Program-made: the position numbers and the translations under genes
Assembly: GCA_035504095.1 (NCBI GenBank)
Contig: DATJSN010000099.1
Location: forward strand, 2,093 to 66,092
From: Phycisphaerae bacterium
GTDB taxonomy: Bacteria > Planctomycetota > Phycisphaerae > WQYP01
Reading direction: 5' to 3'
DNA: 64,000 nt
Part shown: positions 37,972 to 48,008 of the stretch, in pieces
Layout of the letters: the number at the start of each line of letters is the position of its first letter
Numbering within the stretch: position 1 is the stretch's first letter
The notes under the pieces: model-generated
Seen by the model: the letters and a program-made list of their open reading frames with translations, nothing else
What the model was told of the DNA's origin: nothing
Database searches by the model: none

Positions 37972-39660
37972 TTATTTAAGCCGATAATTAACGAACAAAC
38001 CTGACGCATCAAGCGAAACTACGTCTTGAGCGTCCTCCTGTACTGTTGTATCCTGGACCCAAAGCTGCATACCCAAGGCGGAATCCCACCAGACAACAAC
38101 GGTATAATCGCCAGGAGCAATGTTAATTGGTGCAGCCAGGGCACCGGTATCGGAAAGCTGCGAAGAGGCAATCACGTCGCCTTGCATTAGAGGCACAAGA
38201 GTCTGATCCATATATGTGCTTAATTTCGTCAGGCTTTCGGTCGTATTATGACCGACCTGGGCTGTAAGCAGAATATGGATAAGGTCATTCCAGCTCAGCA
38301 TGTCGGTATTGGGCTCATTCGCCATATTATTGGCGATCGTCCGTTCTGACGTGGCGGTAAATGCATTCGGCACGGCCTGGGACTTATCCGGATTCGTACC
38401 AACGTTTTGAGAAGCCAGATACCAGGGACCATTAGCATTGGCAATCTGCGTGCACATGGTATCCAATTGATCGAAGGCATCCTGCAATGGCTGCACCACG
38501 TTTTGATGCTGGGTAGCCTGACGGAGAATTAAAAGATGAAGCGTTCCGCCGGGATTTGTTATCGCCAGGGTTACATTGATTGTCGAATTGTTATACGGGC
38601 GTTGCGGATATGCCGCAGCAGGAATCACAGCAAGTTTTTTGGAAACCGGAGTATTCATCAGATCCACGAGGGCAGTCCCTTTAACCTGAATATAAGTTGG
38701 AGTTTCATCGGAATTAAGGTGAAAAACCCAATTGTGGACCACAACTGAATTGTTGTCAAAGGGTTGATAATCATCCACCATCGGATCGGTCATTTTCAGG
38801 GACTTGAACTTTATCCCCTGCACAATATATCCAATGGGAAAATATTGATTATCAGCATCGGTGACCAATCGAACTTCGCCTGGAGTGATGCGAAAATATG
38901 TGCCGTCATAACTGCTGACATCCGGCGGGCTCTCGCCGTGTTGAACCTCCGTTTGCACAACGACATATTTCTGCGGAGAGCTTGACTGAATGGCGCTATG
39001 AATCCCCAACGTCCCTAATTCATCGGATGGAACTGTATAAACAGCAAGCACTTTAAGCAAATTCTGCGGCAAACTATGTTCATCAGAATATTCAACCGTA
39101 TAACGATCGCCATAGAGTTCAGTCAAAAAATCCGGGTGTACGGATTTAAATTGTGTTGGTCCGGCAAACGAACCACCGCTGACTAAATCCCAAATTCCCT
39201 CGGTAAATTCATCCGGCCAAAACACGATGCTGGATTCGGCGCCTGCCATACCGTCTGACGAACCATAACGATCAAAGAAAAGAATCGAAGACGGCAAAGG
39301 CATCATCTGAATGCCGATCAACACAGTACCGATGGTCACTAAAGCAACAAAAAATCCGATGACACCGCCAACGATGCGGCTCGGCCACAACGGAATTTCC
39401 AAATCTCCTCGAACCAGGAAATCAAAAAGCAGGCGGATTCCACAAAAGACGATGATAAAAATAAGCAGAAAACTCAGGCCAAGAGCGTAATCGGGCCGCC
39501 AACCCATTAGTTGAGCACTAGCCGCTTCATAAGCTCCCATCGCGGTTAATGATCCAATCAAAGCGGCAGCCAAAAGCAATAGCGCTGAAAGCGGGCCTTC
39601 GTTGGCCATGAACAAGGTTATCAGGACAATGATAAGTAATACAATTAATTGCAATATCAT
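37972..39660 (-). CDS. CvpA-family membrane protein with a large extracytoplasmic C-terminal extension
   Basis: Four N-terminal TM helices ending in SRIVGGVIGFFVALV (CvpA-like), followed by a long soluble region. Start at MILQLIV. Confidence 0.65.
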   Translation of the reverse strand: MILQLIVLLIIVLITLFMANEGPLSALLLLAAALIGSLTAMGAYEAASAQLMGWRPDYALGLSFLLIFIIVFCGIRLLFDFLVRGDLEIPLWPSRIVGGVIGFFVALVTIGTVLIGIQMMPLPSSILFFDRYGSSDGMAGAESSIVFWPDEFTEGIWDLVSGGSFAGPTQFKSVHPDFLTELYGDRYTVEYSDEHSLPQNLLKVLAVYTVPSDELGTLGIHSAIQSSSPQKYVVVQTEVQHGESPPDVSSYDGTYFRITPGEVRLVTDADNQYFPIGYIVQGIKFKSLKMTDPMVDDYQPFDNNSVVVHNWVFHLNSDETPTYIQVKGTALVDLMNTPVSKKLAVIPAAAYPQRPYNNSTINVTLAITNPGGTLHLLILRQATQHQNVVQPLQDAFDQLDTMCTQIANANGPWYLASQNVGTNPDKSQAVPNAFTATSERTIANNMANEPNTDMLSWNDLIHILLTAQVGHNTTESLTKLSTYMDQTLVPLMQGDVIASSQLSDTGALAAPINIAPGDYTVVVWWDSALGMQLWVQDTTVQEDAQDVVSLDASGLFVNYRLK

Positions 39661-39695
39661 GTTGAATTCCAAATTGTTCTTATACAGCGAACGTC

Positions 39696-41420
39696 TTAAC
39701 TGCCGGGAGCGCCGGTCCTTGCGGCTTTTGCCACCTGAGATTTCTCCGTCGAACAAACACGCAATACTTCCTGAATCGAGGTTATACCCAGTGCAAATTT
39801 TCTGATTCCGTGTTCTACCAGAAGCATCATATTATTTTTTCTGGCCAATGTTCTTATATCTTCCAAAGACTTTCCAGAGGCAATCGCACTGCGTATAGCG
39901 TCATTAACAATCAATACTTCAAATATTCCGGTTAAACCCCGATAACCCAAACTGCCGCAATCGGGGCAGCGAATTAAATTGCCCTTTTCATCCCGACCGG
40001 GTTGCGTGTTGGCCCTGAAGAATTGGCCTTTGCGCCCAACTGGCATGTTGACTTTCGCCAATAAGGCTGCATCCGGCTGGTAAGCAATCTTACAAGTAGG
40101 ACAAAGTAAACGAATAGTGCGGGAGGCGATAAGGGCTTTGAGCGGCCTGGCCGCATCATCATTTTTTCCCGCCAATTTTCTCCACAGATCAATAGCGCCA
40201 AGTGTATCATTCTGCCTGAGCCCAAGATAGACCCGATGTTGTTCGTCACTAGTGAACCTGGCTATGAGTTCGCCGGAGGCTACGTCAGGACATTGCGCCA
40301 CCAACAACACATGCGGATCTTTAAGCATAATGCTGGAAAGCGCTTTTGAATGACTGGCATTCACCGCCTGGGGATCAAAACGATTGGTCGTCACCGATTC
40401 AAAATCCGCTTTGGGTAATACTTCCATGGTTTGAATGCTGGTGGTATAGGCATCATGACAAGCAAGCAATGAATACAAAGTAGTTGTGCGACCCATGTGC
40501 GGCGGCGAAGTTACGATAACCAATCCTTCGCTCATAGCGACGACTTGCTTAATCGCGTCAAGCTGTTCGGTAGAAAAACCCAGATGATCAAGCGGCAGCT
40601 TCCAGTTTTGTCGTTCATTGAGTTGCAAAATTAGCTTTTCGCCAGCGGTTGTACCGCTGCAATGCGCCGTCCATGAACTCGAATTACCCATTGGATCGCG
40701 CACCGCCAATTCCGCTTTTTGCGGACGGCGTCTTTCTTCCAGTTGCATCAGAGTCACTTGCTTAACCGCCAGGATTATCGGCTCCGCTGCTTCGCGCTGC
40801 ACAGGAGGTTGAGGATAACTGACTCCGTCAACGGTAAAGACAAGTTCATAGTTCTGCTCCGAAGGTGTCAATTCCACTTTTTGAGATCTAAACTCCAATG
40901 TCTGCAGCAGCAATTGATCCATGAGCACAACGCCGGGATATACCGGATCGTCCACAGGGGGTAGTCCCGCGGGTTTTCCTCCACCAAGAGAATAGGAAAG
41001 AACGAGCTGTGAGGCGGATTTTCGGGTTTCCCGTTTTACCGAATAGTCTCCAAATCCGCTCCAGATGGCCGTGAGCAGGTTGCCGGAGGAACCAAGTTCA
41101 TCTACGCGCAATTTCCAATACCAGCCCGTTAATCCACCGCATATCAGAAGATTGCATAGTAGGGCCAGCCAGAAATTTGGCACGACAATCCACAACAGGA
41201 TGATCAGCGATATGGAGGCCAGAAGAAGGTATCTCCAAAAGACTGGATTCTGTTGTTTAAGAAGTTGTACATCTTCATTAATCCAGACGGCGAGTTTTGC
41301 CCAGAAAAGAATCAGTGCTGTTGCCAGCGCAAGAAAAATAAAGTTGACGTATATAAATCCAAGCATCAGCACTGCCGACTCGCTCCGTCTAATCGGTCCC
41401 TGGCCATAGCACCAGACCAT
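39696..41420 (-). CDS. GspE/PilB-like secretion ATPase homolog with N-terminal TM helices and degenerate catalytic motifs
   Basis: ERRRPQKAEL, RLLCPTCK...CPDCGSLGYRGLTGIFEVL and GITSIQEVLRV. Walker A reads SPPHMGRTTT. Start may be 41366. Confidence 0.8.
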   Translation of the reverse strand: MVWCYGQGPIRRSESAVLMLGFIYVNFIFLALATALILFWAKLAVWINEDVQLLKQQNPVFWRYLLLASISLIILLWIVVPNFWLALLCNLLICGGLTGWYWKLRVDELGSSGNLLTAIWSGFGDYSVKRETRKSASQLVLSYSLGGGKPAGLPPVDDPVYPGVVLMDQLLLQTLEFRSQKVELTPSEQNYELVFTVDGVSYPQPPVQREAAEPIILAVKQVTLMQLEERRRPQKAELAVRDPMGNSSSWTAHCSGTTAGEKLILQLNERQNWKLPLDHLGFSTEQLDAIKQVVAMSEGLVIVTSPPHMGRTTTLYSLLACHDAYTTSIQTMEVLPKADFESVTTNRFDPQAVNASHSKALSSIMLKDPHVLLVAQCPDVASGELIARFTSDEQHRVYLGLRQNDTLGAIDLWRKLAGKNDDAARPLKALIASRTIRLLCPTCKIAYQPDAALLAKVNMPVGRKGQFFRANTQPGRDEKGNLIRCPDCGSLGYRGLTGIFEVLIVNDAIRSAIASGKSLEDIRTLARKNNMMLLVEHGIRKFALGITSIQEVLRVCSTEKSQVAKAARTGAPGS

Positions 41421-41503
41421 ATGCCGGGACGCACGTTAATTGTCCGGATTTTCCTCTCTTCCAGCCCGATTGTCCATTAATTTTATGCGCCTGCACGGTG
41501 AGA

Positions 41504-42637
41504 TTAATTGGTTCTGATGCCTTTCATCCTCATTCGCAGTTCATCGGCATTAGGCGAAGCGGCATAAGCCTCTTTTGGACTAACCATTTCTTTTTCGACC
41601 AGCTCCGCCAGCATGTCATTAAAGTCGATCATTCCCGTGCCTTTTTCGCCGCGTATAACCGAGCTTAGTTCATTTTCCCTACCCTCAAGAATATATTTGG
41701 TCACGGAAGGCGAAGTCAGCATGATTTCCAGCGCCGGTACGCGACCCACGCCCGGCTTGATGGAAGGAACAAGCTTTTGAAACACTATGGCTTTCATATT
41801 CGCGGCGATGGCCTGTCGGATATTCAAATGCATATCGGGTGGAAACAATTCCAGAATACGTGTGATGGCGCCGGGCGCGCTGCTGGCGTGAATGGTTGAA
41901 AACACCATGTGGCCGGTTTCAGCAGCCTGAACGGCGGCCTGAAAGGTATTACGATCGCGCATTTCACCGATCAGTATCACGTCCGGGTCTTCGCGCATCA
42001 TATACTTGATAGCCAACTCAAAAGACTCAACGTCAAGTCCAATTTCGCGCTGATTAATGAATGATTTTTTATCAACATATAAATATTCAATCGGATCTTC
42101 AATGGTTACTATATGGCACGAACGCTTTTCGTTGACCTGCTGAAGCATCGCGGCGATGGTGGTGCTTTTACCGCTTCCGGTGATGCCAGCCAGTATCACC
42201 AGCCCCTGTTCATGATCGGCAATCTTTTCAAATATTGACGGTAAATTCAGTTGTGCATAATTTGGAATTTTCGGGTTGATGCGCCGCGCGGCCATGCTGG
42301 TCAGTCCGCGCTGCCGGAAAATATTGATACGAAAACGTTCAGTCAGGGTGACCGCATAAGCGACATCTATCGATCCACGACGTTTGTAATCAGCCCACTG
42401 TTCAGGCTTAAGAATTTCTTCGACCATTTCCTCCACTTCAGTATTACTTAGCGCTGGGCTGGTCGTCTGAATCAGTTTGCCTGATTTGCGAATGCGCGGA
42501 ACCGCGTCGGCCTTGATATGCAAATCACTCCCCTCAACCTTGGTGACCAGGTCAAAAAATTTATGTAAACGAGGTGTCGGCCGCGATGACGTCGAAGCCT
42601 GTGCTTCTGTGTTGGATGTCTGCACTTCTGACCCCAT
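41504..42637 (-). CDS. pilT: PilT/PilU family type IV pilus ATPase
   Basis: GSDLHIK, GITGSGKSTT, TIEDPIE, REDPDVILIGEMRD and AAETGHMVFSTIH motifs. Confidence 0.9.
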   Translation of the reverse strand: MGSEVQTSNTEAQASTSSRPTPRLHKFFDLVTKVEGSDLHIKADAVPRIRKSGKLIQTTSPALSNTEVEEMVEEILKPEQWADYKRRGSIDVAYAVTLTERFRINIFRQRGLTSMAARRINPKIPNYAQLNLPSIFEKIADHEQGLVILAGITGSGKSTTIAAMLQQVNEKRSCHIVTIEDPIEYLYVDKKSFINQREIGLDVESFELAIKYMMREDPDVILIGEMRDRNTFQAAVQAAETGHMVFSTIHASSAPGAITRILELFPPDMHLNIRQAIAANMKAIVFQKLVPSIKPGVGRVPALEIMLTSPSVTKYILEGRENELSSVIRGEKGTGMIDFNDMLAELVEKEMVSPKEAYAASPNADELRMRMKGIRTN

Positions 42638-42712
42638 AATTCCTCCACAATAGAATCATTCGCCTTGGATTCTAATTCTCTTTTCTACGGATTCCTGACG
42701 GCCAATAGTTCA

Positions 42713-43843
42713 TTATCGCCGGTCAATGGGTATCCAATGTTGATTTCGCTGCCCGATGTATTCAGCCCTGGGACGCATCAGTTTATTGTTGGCATACTGT
42801 TCAAGTATATGAGCGATCCATCCACTGGTGCGACTGACGGCGAAAATCGGCGTAAATAGATCGGATGGAATGTTCAGGTAATGATAAACCGACGCGCTAT
42901 AAAAATCCACGTTGGGTTTAAGCCCTTTGGATTGACCGACAAGTTCTTCAATCTTGACCGACATCTCATACCACTGGTCCTGTCGAATAAGTTTTCCAAG
43001 TTGTCGTGACATTTCCTTAAGATGCCTGGCGCGCGGGTCACCATCCTTATAAACCGCATGACCAAATCCCATGATTTTTTCATGCTTTTGCAGTTTATTG
43101 CGGATATAGACATCAGCATTATTCACAGTTCCAATTTCATTGAGCATCTTCATGACCTGTTCATTGGCGCCACCATGCAATGGCCCTTTGAGCGCGCAAA
43201 TAGCCGCCACCAACGCCGAATGCATATCGGTAAGTGTGGCCGCCGCTACCCTGGCAGTAAACGTACTGGCGTTGAGTTCATGATCGGCGTGCAGGATGTA
43301 AGCTTTATCCAATGCACGCACTGCAAGCGGTTCTGGCTGCAGGCCGGTAAGCATATAAAGAAAATTAGCGGCCAAATTTAAATCGCGCCGCGGCGGCACG
43401 GGCTTGCGGTCGTTGCGAATGCGGTCATAAGCAGCCACGATGCTGGCCATCTGACCTAAAATGCGCACCGCTTTGCGCTGATTTGCCGCGGGAGACATAT
43501 CTTCCGATTCCGCATCGAACATCGCCATGGCGCTAGCGGCGGTTCGCAAAGATTCCATGGGTTTGGTGCGACGTGGAAATTGCCCCATCATGTCGATCAA
43601 TCCTTCGGGCAATTGCGCTTCTTCTGCGATTAAAGCACGAAATTCTTCCAGTTCACTTGACGTGGGCAAACGCTTATGCCAGAGCAGATAAACGACTTCT
43701 TCAAAGCTGGCATTTTCAGCAAGTTCATCGATGTTAATGCCGCGATAAGTCAAAACACCATTTTCTATCGAACAGATGTCCGAACTTAACGCGATAACGT
43801 CCCTTAATCCGCCGATGGGCGGTTGCGATGCGATCTGACTCAT
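42713..43843 (-). CDS. Citrate synthase (short type) / 2-methylcitrate synthase family
   Basis: LHADHELNASTF, LKGPLHGGAN, MGFGHAVYK.GDPRA and PNVDFYS motifs. Confidence 0.93.
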   Translation of the reverse strand: MSQIASQPPIGGLRDVIALSSDICSIENGVLTYRGINIDELAENASFEEVVYLLWHKRLPTSSELEEFRALIAEEAQLPEGLIDMMGQFPRRTKPMESLRTAASAMAMFDAESEDMSPAANQRKAVRILGQMASIVAAYDRIRNDRKPVPPRRDLNLAANFLYMLTGLQPEPLAVRALDKAYILHADHELNASTFTARVAAATLTDMHSALVAAICALKGPLHGGANEQVMKMLNEIGTVNNADVYIRNKLQKHEKIMGFGHAVYKDGDPRARHLKEMSRQLGKLIRQDQWYEMSVKIEELVGQSKGLKPNVDFYSASVYHYLNIPSDLFTPIFAVSRTSGWIAHILEQYANNKLMRPRAEYIGQRNQHWIPIDRR

Positions 43844-43988
43844 ACAAACTCCAGGCTTCCCTTAAAGCCCCTGAATCATAACACAGTTGTTTATTTATCG
43901 CCTAGGCTTCAGCGGATAAAAACAAAAGATTCTCCACTTATGCGACCCACCCGTCATTACCATGGTTTTGGAGTATGATTTTGGCAGA

Positions 43989-44939
43989 ATGACTAATATC
44001 CTGGCGATCGTTGGCTGCACCGCATCTGGCAAATCAGAACTGGCTGAGCGCCTGGCCTCAAGGTGGGCGGGTTCAGGCGGCTCACCTGCAACGATTATGG
44101 CTGTGGATTCCATGCAGGTTTACCGAAGCATGGACATCGGTACGGCCAAACCTTCACATCAAACGCGTGCACGTCTTGAATATGTAATGATTGACGTTGC
44201 CAATCCGTGGGAATCGTATTCCGCAGCCAGTTTTGTCCAGACCGCGATGCCGATCATTCGCGAACATCAGGAAAAAAATCGCCCGCTTATCATGGTCGTA
44301 GGGACAATTTTGTATTTTCGGGCATTGCTGGAAGGATTGTTTGAAGGACCGACCGCTGAACCGCAAATACGCCGGCGGCTGCGCCAGGAAGCTCAAGAAC
44401 ATGGCACGGCTTATTTACACGATAAGCTATCGAAGGTTGATCCTGCCGCCGCGGAACGTATACATCCAAATGATATAAGACGCGCGATACGCGCATTAGA
44501 AGTTTTTGAACTGACTGGAACGCCTATCAGCCAGCTACAGGTCCAATGGCAATCACCATCGCGACAATTTGATTGCCGGATCATTGGCGTTGCACGGGAA
44601 AAGGAGGATATCAATCGCCGGATTAATCAACGTGTGAAGGCGATGATGGAGGAAGGGTTGCTCCAGGAGGTTAAAAAACTACGCGATAACCCTCACGGAT
44701 TATCTGTCCAGGCCGCGCAGGCTGTCGGGTATAAGGAACTCATTGAACATCTGGATGGAAAAGTAAGTCTGGACGAAGCAGTTGATCAGATTAAAATACA
44801 AACCCGACATTTGGCTAAATTGCAACGGACCTGGTTGAAGAGATTTGATCGTATTCATTGGTTCCATGTTGAATCGGAAAAACAAACGTTGGATATTGCC
44901 AATGATGTGATGGAGCAATTGTTCGATTCGATAACCTGA
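43989..44939 (+). CDS. miaA: tRNA dimethylallyltransferase
   Basis: VGCTASGKS, DSMQVYRSMDIGTAKP, RIHPNDIRR and QAVGYKE motifs. Confidence 0.95.
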   Translation: MTNILAIVGCTASGKSELAERLASRWAGSGGSPATIMAVDSMQVYRSMDIGTAKPSHQTRARLEYVMIDVANPWESYSAASFVQTAMPIIREHQEKNRPLIMVVGTILYFRALLEGLFEGPTAEPQIRRRLRQEAQEHGTAYLHDKLSKVDPAAAERIHPNDIRRAIRALEVFELTGTPISQLQVQWQSPSRQFDCRIIGVAREKEDINRRINQRVKAMMEEGLLQEVKKLRDNPHGLSVQAAQAVGYKELIEHLDGKVSLDEAVDQIKIQTRHLAKLQRTWLKRFDRIHWFHVESEKQTLDIANDVMEQLFDSIT

Positions 44940-44976
44940 GGGCATTTTTACAAAGTATCGCCGGGGAGTATTTGTT

Positions 44977-46329
44977 ATGCGCGTACTGGCTATAGATGTT
45001 GGATCCTCTTCAATTAAAGCGGCATATTGCAAGAATGGCCGGATCAAAAAAATCATACAGACCCCGGTTCAGACCCAATTCGATGGCACAAAAGTCACCA
45101 TTCCCGCCGGGACATTGCTGCAATCTTTTGAAGAGGCGATTCGCACCGCTATGAGTGGGCATCGGAAACTTGATGCTATTGCAATAGATACGTTCAGCCC
45201 GGGTTTGGTAGGACTGGATCGCACTAAGAATCCGATTTTAGGATGTATCTCCCATCAGGATCGTAGAAGCGTCGCTCAAGCCGCAGCCCTGGAAAAACAT
45301 TTTGGCATGCAGCGCTGTCTCCAGCTTACCGGCAATCGACCGTTTCCCGGTGGAATCGCCAGCACATCCCTTTTCTGGTTCAAACTCAAACAACCGGACC
45401 TCTTTAAAAAATCGGTATTTATCGGCCAAACGAGTTCGCTATTGGTTCATCACCTGACTGGTCAATGGGTGATCGATCCTTCACAGGCGGCTTTTTCGGG
45501 CCTTTATGATTCCAACCACCTGAGTGGTTGGGCGGAGGAAATCTGCAAATTTATAGGTGTGCGAATCAATCAATTGCCTAGTGTTTTGTTTGCAGACCAA
45601 ATCGCCGGAAAAGTTACTGCGTCTGTTGCGCAACGTCTGGGATTACCTGCGGGCTGTCCAGTTTTGCCGGGCATTGTGGATACCAGCGCCGCCGTCCTAA
45701 GCACCGATTGCCGCCCGGGTCGAATGGTGCACAGTGCTGGTTCAACAGATGTTCTCGCGTTATGCCTGGAAAAACCCCATCCTGCCGCCGACATTCTTTC
45801 ACGTCCGCTGGGAACAGGAAAAAAGTTGCCCCGTCGCTGGCTCGCGGTAAGTACGATTGCTGCCGCGGGTTCATCGATGAAATGGGTTAATAGAACATTT
45901 TTCAGCGAATTATCCAGTAAAAATTTTCATAAACTTTTAGATCGCTGTGAGGGCCGGATGCGGATTAGATACCGAACCGGTGATTTTTCGCGTTCAACGA
46001 GCAATTTAGCCGTTGTTTTTCGTCCCTATCTGGCCGGCGACCGCACCAGTATGGAACTCAAAACCGGGGGCTTTGAAAATCTGACGCTTTCCACTGGACG
46101 CGAAGAAATGTTGCATGCTGTAATCGAAGCTCTGGTACAATCAAGCAGAGAACGCTTCATGCGCCTCGAGCAAGTTCACGCCGTTAGAAAAGAAATCTTC
46201 ACCATGGGCGGGCAGGTTTTACTCGCAGACATTATGCATCGCCATTGGCCAGGAAAATGGAGCTTCACCGCTATCGAGAATGAAGCTGTCTCCGGCCTCG
46301 CCAGGCTTGCAAATGTCGCCCTAAATTAG
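44977..46329 (+). CDS. FGGY family carbohydrate kinase
   Basis: LAIDVGSSSIKA, HQDRRS and FRPYLAGDRT motifs. Confidence 0.85.
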   Translation: MRVLAIDVGSSSIKAAYCKNGRIKKIIQTPVQTQFDGTKVTIPAGTLLQSFEEAIRTAMSGHRKLDAIAIDTFSPGLVGLDRTKNPILGCISHQDRRSVAQAAALEKHFGMQRCLQLTGNRPFPGGIASTSLFWFKLKQPDLFKKSVFIGQTSSLLVHHLTGQWVIDPSQAAFSGLYDSNHLSGWAEEICKFIGVRINQLPSVLFADQIAGKVTASVAQRLGLPAGCPVLPGIVDTSAAVLSTDCRPGRMVHSAGSTDVLALCLEKPHPAADILSRPLGTGKKLPRRWLAVSTIAAAGSSMKWVNRTFFSELSSKNFHKLLDRCEGRMRIRYRTGDFSRSTSNLAVVFRPYLAGDRTSMELKTGGFENLTLSTGREEMLHAVIEALVQSSRERFMRLEQVHAVRKEIFTMGGQVLLADIMHRHWPGKWSFTAIENEAVSGLARLANVALN

Positions 46330-46359
46330 TTAGCGAACGCTTTAGTTTTTAAAATTACA

Positions 46360-47091
46360 CTATGTAATGCTTTCGATGATCTTGGGCAATTCGGTAATTT
46401 TGCGAATGACATGATCCGGACGATTTCGCCTCGAATATTTTGCAGTATGCGTCACCGGCTTCCAGACTGTAAGCATACCTGCACGGCGTGCCCCTTTGAT
46501 GTCCGCCCTGATCAGATCGCCCACAAACATTGCCTGGTCCGGAGTAACGCCAAGACTTTCAAGGGCAATGCGGAATATTTCCGGATGGGGCTTGCGATAC
46601 AGGGTGTGAGACGAATAAATCCGGACCGGAAAATATTCAAGAAGTTTTTCATTTTCCAAATGTCGATCAAGACAATGCCCCGGCGCGCAGGTATTGGACA
46701 CAATTGCCAGACGCAACCCCCGCCGACGAAATTTTTCCAACATGTCATGCGTACCGGGCTCAATTTTGACCTGCTGGACCACAGGCCTATACCACATCCA
46801 GGCCAGCGTTGGATGTTCCCGTTCAGGCACATGAATTTCCAGCTTTTTGAGAACCTTAACCATCACGTCCGTAGCATTGAAGTCGCGCCCCCTGATGTTG
46901 GACCAGATATATCTTCGGCGGAAGATGCGCATATTGGTCCGGGCGTATACGGAATATGGAGGCAATGGAATGTTAAGCGTTTTCAGATGCTGGTAGGTAT
47001 CTCGAGATCCGGACTTAAATATCTTGCGCCGATTGAATTTTCCAAAGTGCATCAACGTATTGGCAAAATCAAAAAGTATCGCCTGAAGCAT
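46360..47091 (-). CDS. HAD family hydrolase
   Basis: AILFDFANTL, IVSNT, RKPHPEIF and FVGDLIRADIKGA motifs. Confidence 0.88.
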   Translation of the reverse strand: MLQAILFDFANTLMHFGKFNRRKIFKSGSRDTYQHLKTLNIPLPPYSVYARTNMRIFRRRYIWSNIRGRDFNATDVMVKVLKKLEIHVPEREHPTLAWMWYRPVVQQVKIEPGTHDMLEKFRRRGLRLAIVSNTCAPGHCLDRHLENEKLLEYFPVRIYSSHTLYRKPHPEIFRIALESLGVTPDQAMFVGDLIRADIKGARRAGMLTVWKPVTHTAKYSRRNRPDHVIRKITELPKIIESIT

Positions 47092-47236
47092 CAGAGCCTC
47101 TAAAACAGTTCTCAAAAACATATTACAGACATAATTGTTTTCTAACCACTTTATGTCATTTCAATCTGCCTTCTGGACCGTCATCAATAGTATCGGTACC
47201 ATTAGCCGCTTTCGATTTTTGTCATGGAAACATAAC

Positions 47237-47896
47237 GTGACACAATTCCTCCTGCCATTGTTGACTCATTTCACATATCTTGCGCTATCTTTGTTGATGA
47301 TCGTAGCAGGTTGCGGCGTACCTATTCCTGAAGACGTGCCGCTGATTCTATCCGGTTATTTGTGCCACCCAAAGTACAGCCCTTTGGCGGGAACAACTGT
47401 GGGCGCAACCAATCTTAGCCTAATGGTTTTATTCGGCATGGGTGGCATCATTATCGGCGACAGCATTTTGTGGTACGTGGGCCGTTACGGCATCGATTCA
47501 AACAATATAGTTGCCCGGCACGCGCGCAAGATACTTCACACGCAGCGGCGAACAATGGTGGAACAATATTTCCTTAAGTATGGAACGCCTACCCTTTTTA
47601 TTGGGCGCTTTATTCCAGGGGTACGCGCAATCATCTTCGCCTTATGCGGAATTTCCCGCATGCCATACTGGAAGTTTATACTTGTAGACGGGTTGGCGGG
47701 TTTTATTACAGTATCGGTGTGTATTTTTGTTGGTTACTGGCAGTCACATAACATACAACAACTATTGGAAGAAGCGGCCAAAGTAAAACATATCATATAT
47801 CTTGTCGCCAGTGTGGGAATTATTGCCGCGGTCGCGGTCTATTATCTGCGTCAGCGTCGCAGGACTAATCGCAATGCCTCAAACCAGGAAACCTGA
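47237..47896 (+). CDS. DedA family membrane protein
   Basis: GVPIPED, IIGDSILWYVGR and FIGRFIPGVR motifs. Start (GTG at 47237) uncertain. Confidence 0.88.
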   Translation: MTQFLLPLLTHFTYLALSLLMIVAGCGVPIPEDVPLILSGYLCHPKYSPLAGTTVGATNLSLMVLFGMGGIIIGDSILWYVGRYGIDSNNIVARHARKILHTQRRTMVEQYFLKYGTPTLFIGRFIPGVRAIIFALCGISRMPYWKFILVDGLAGFITVSVCIFVGYWQSHNIQQLLEEAAKVKHIIYLVASVGIIAAVAVYYLRQRRRTNRNASNQET

Positions 47897-48008
47897 CTTT
47901 AAAATTTCTGGCTTGTCTTTGCATTAGACTGAAAGTCTGATATGGTTTTGATACAGCGGCGGCGCCCCAAGCACCGATAACTAAACATTAGTCGACAAAG
48001 GAACTCGT

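Noticed and set aside
47955-48008. Possible glmS ribozyme upstream of glmS (gcgcc...aactaa-acat-tagtcgacaaagg loosely resembles the 5' part)
   Set aside because: The AGCGCC and GACGAGG core sequences are not intact, and the start codon follows at once, leaving no room for the rest of the ribozyme.
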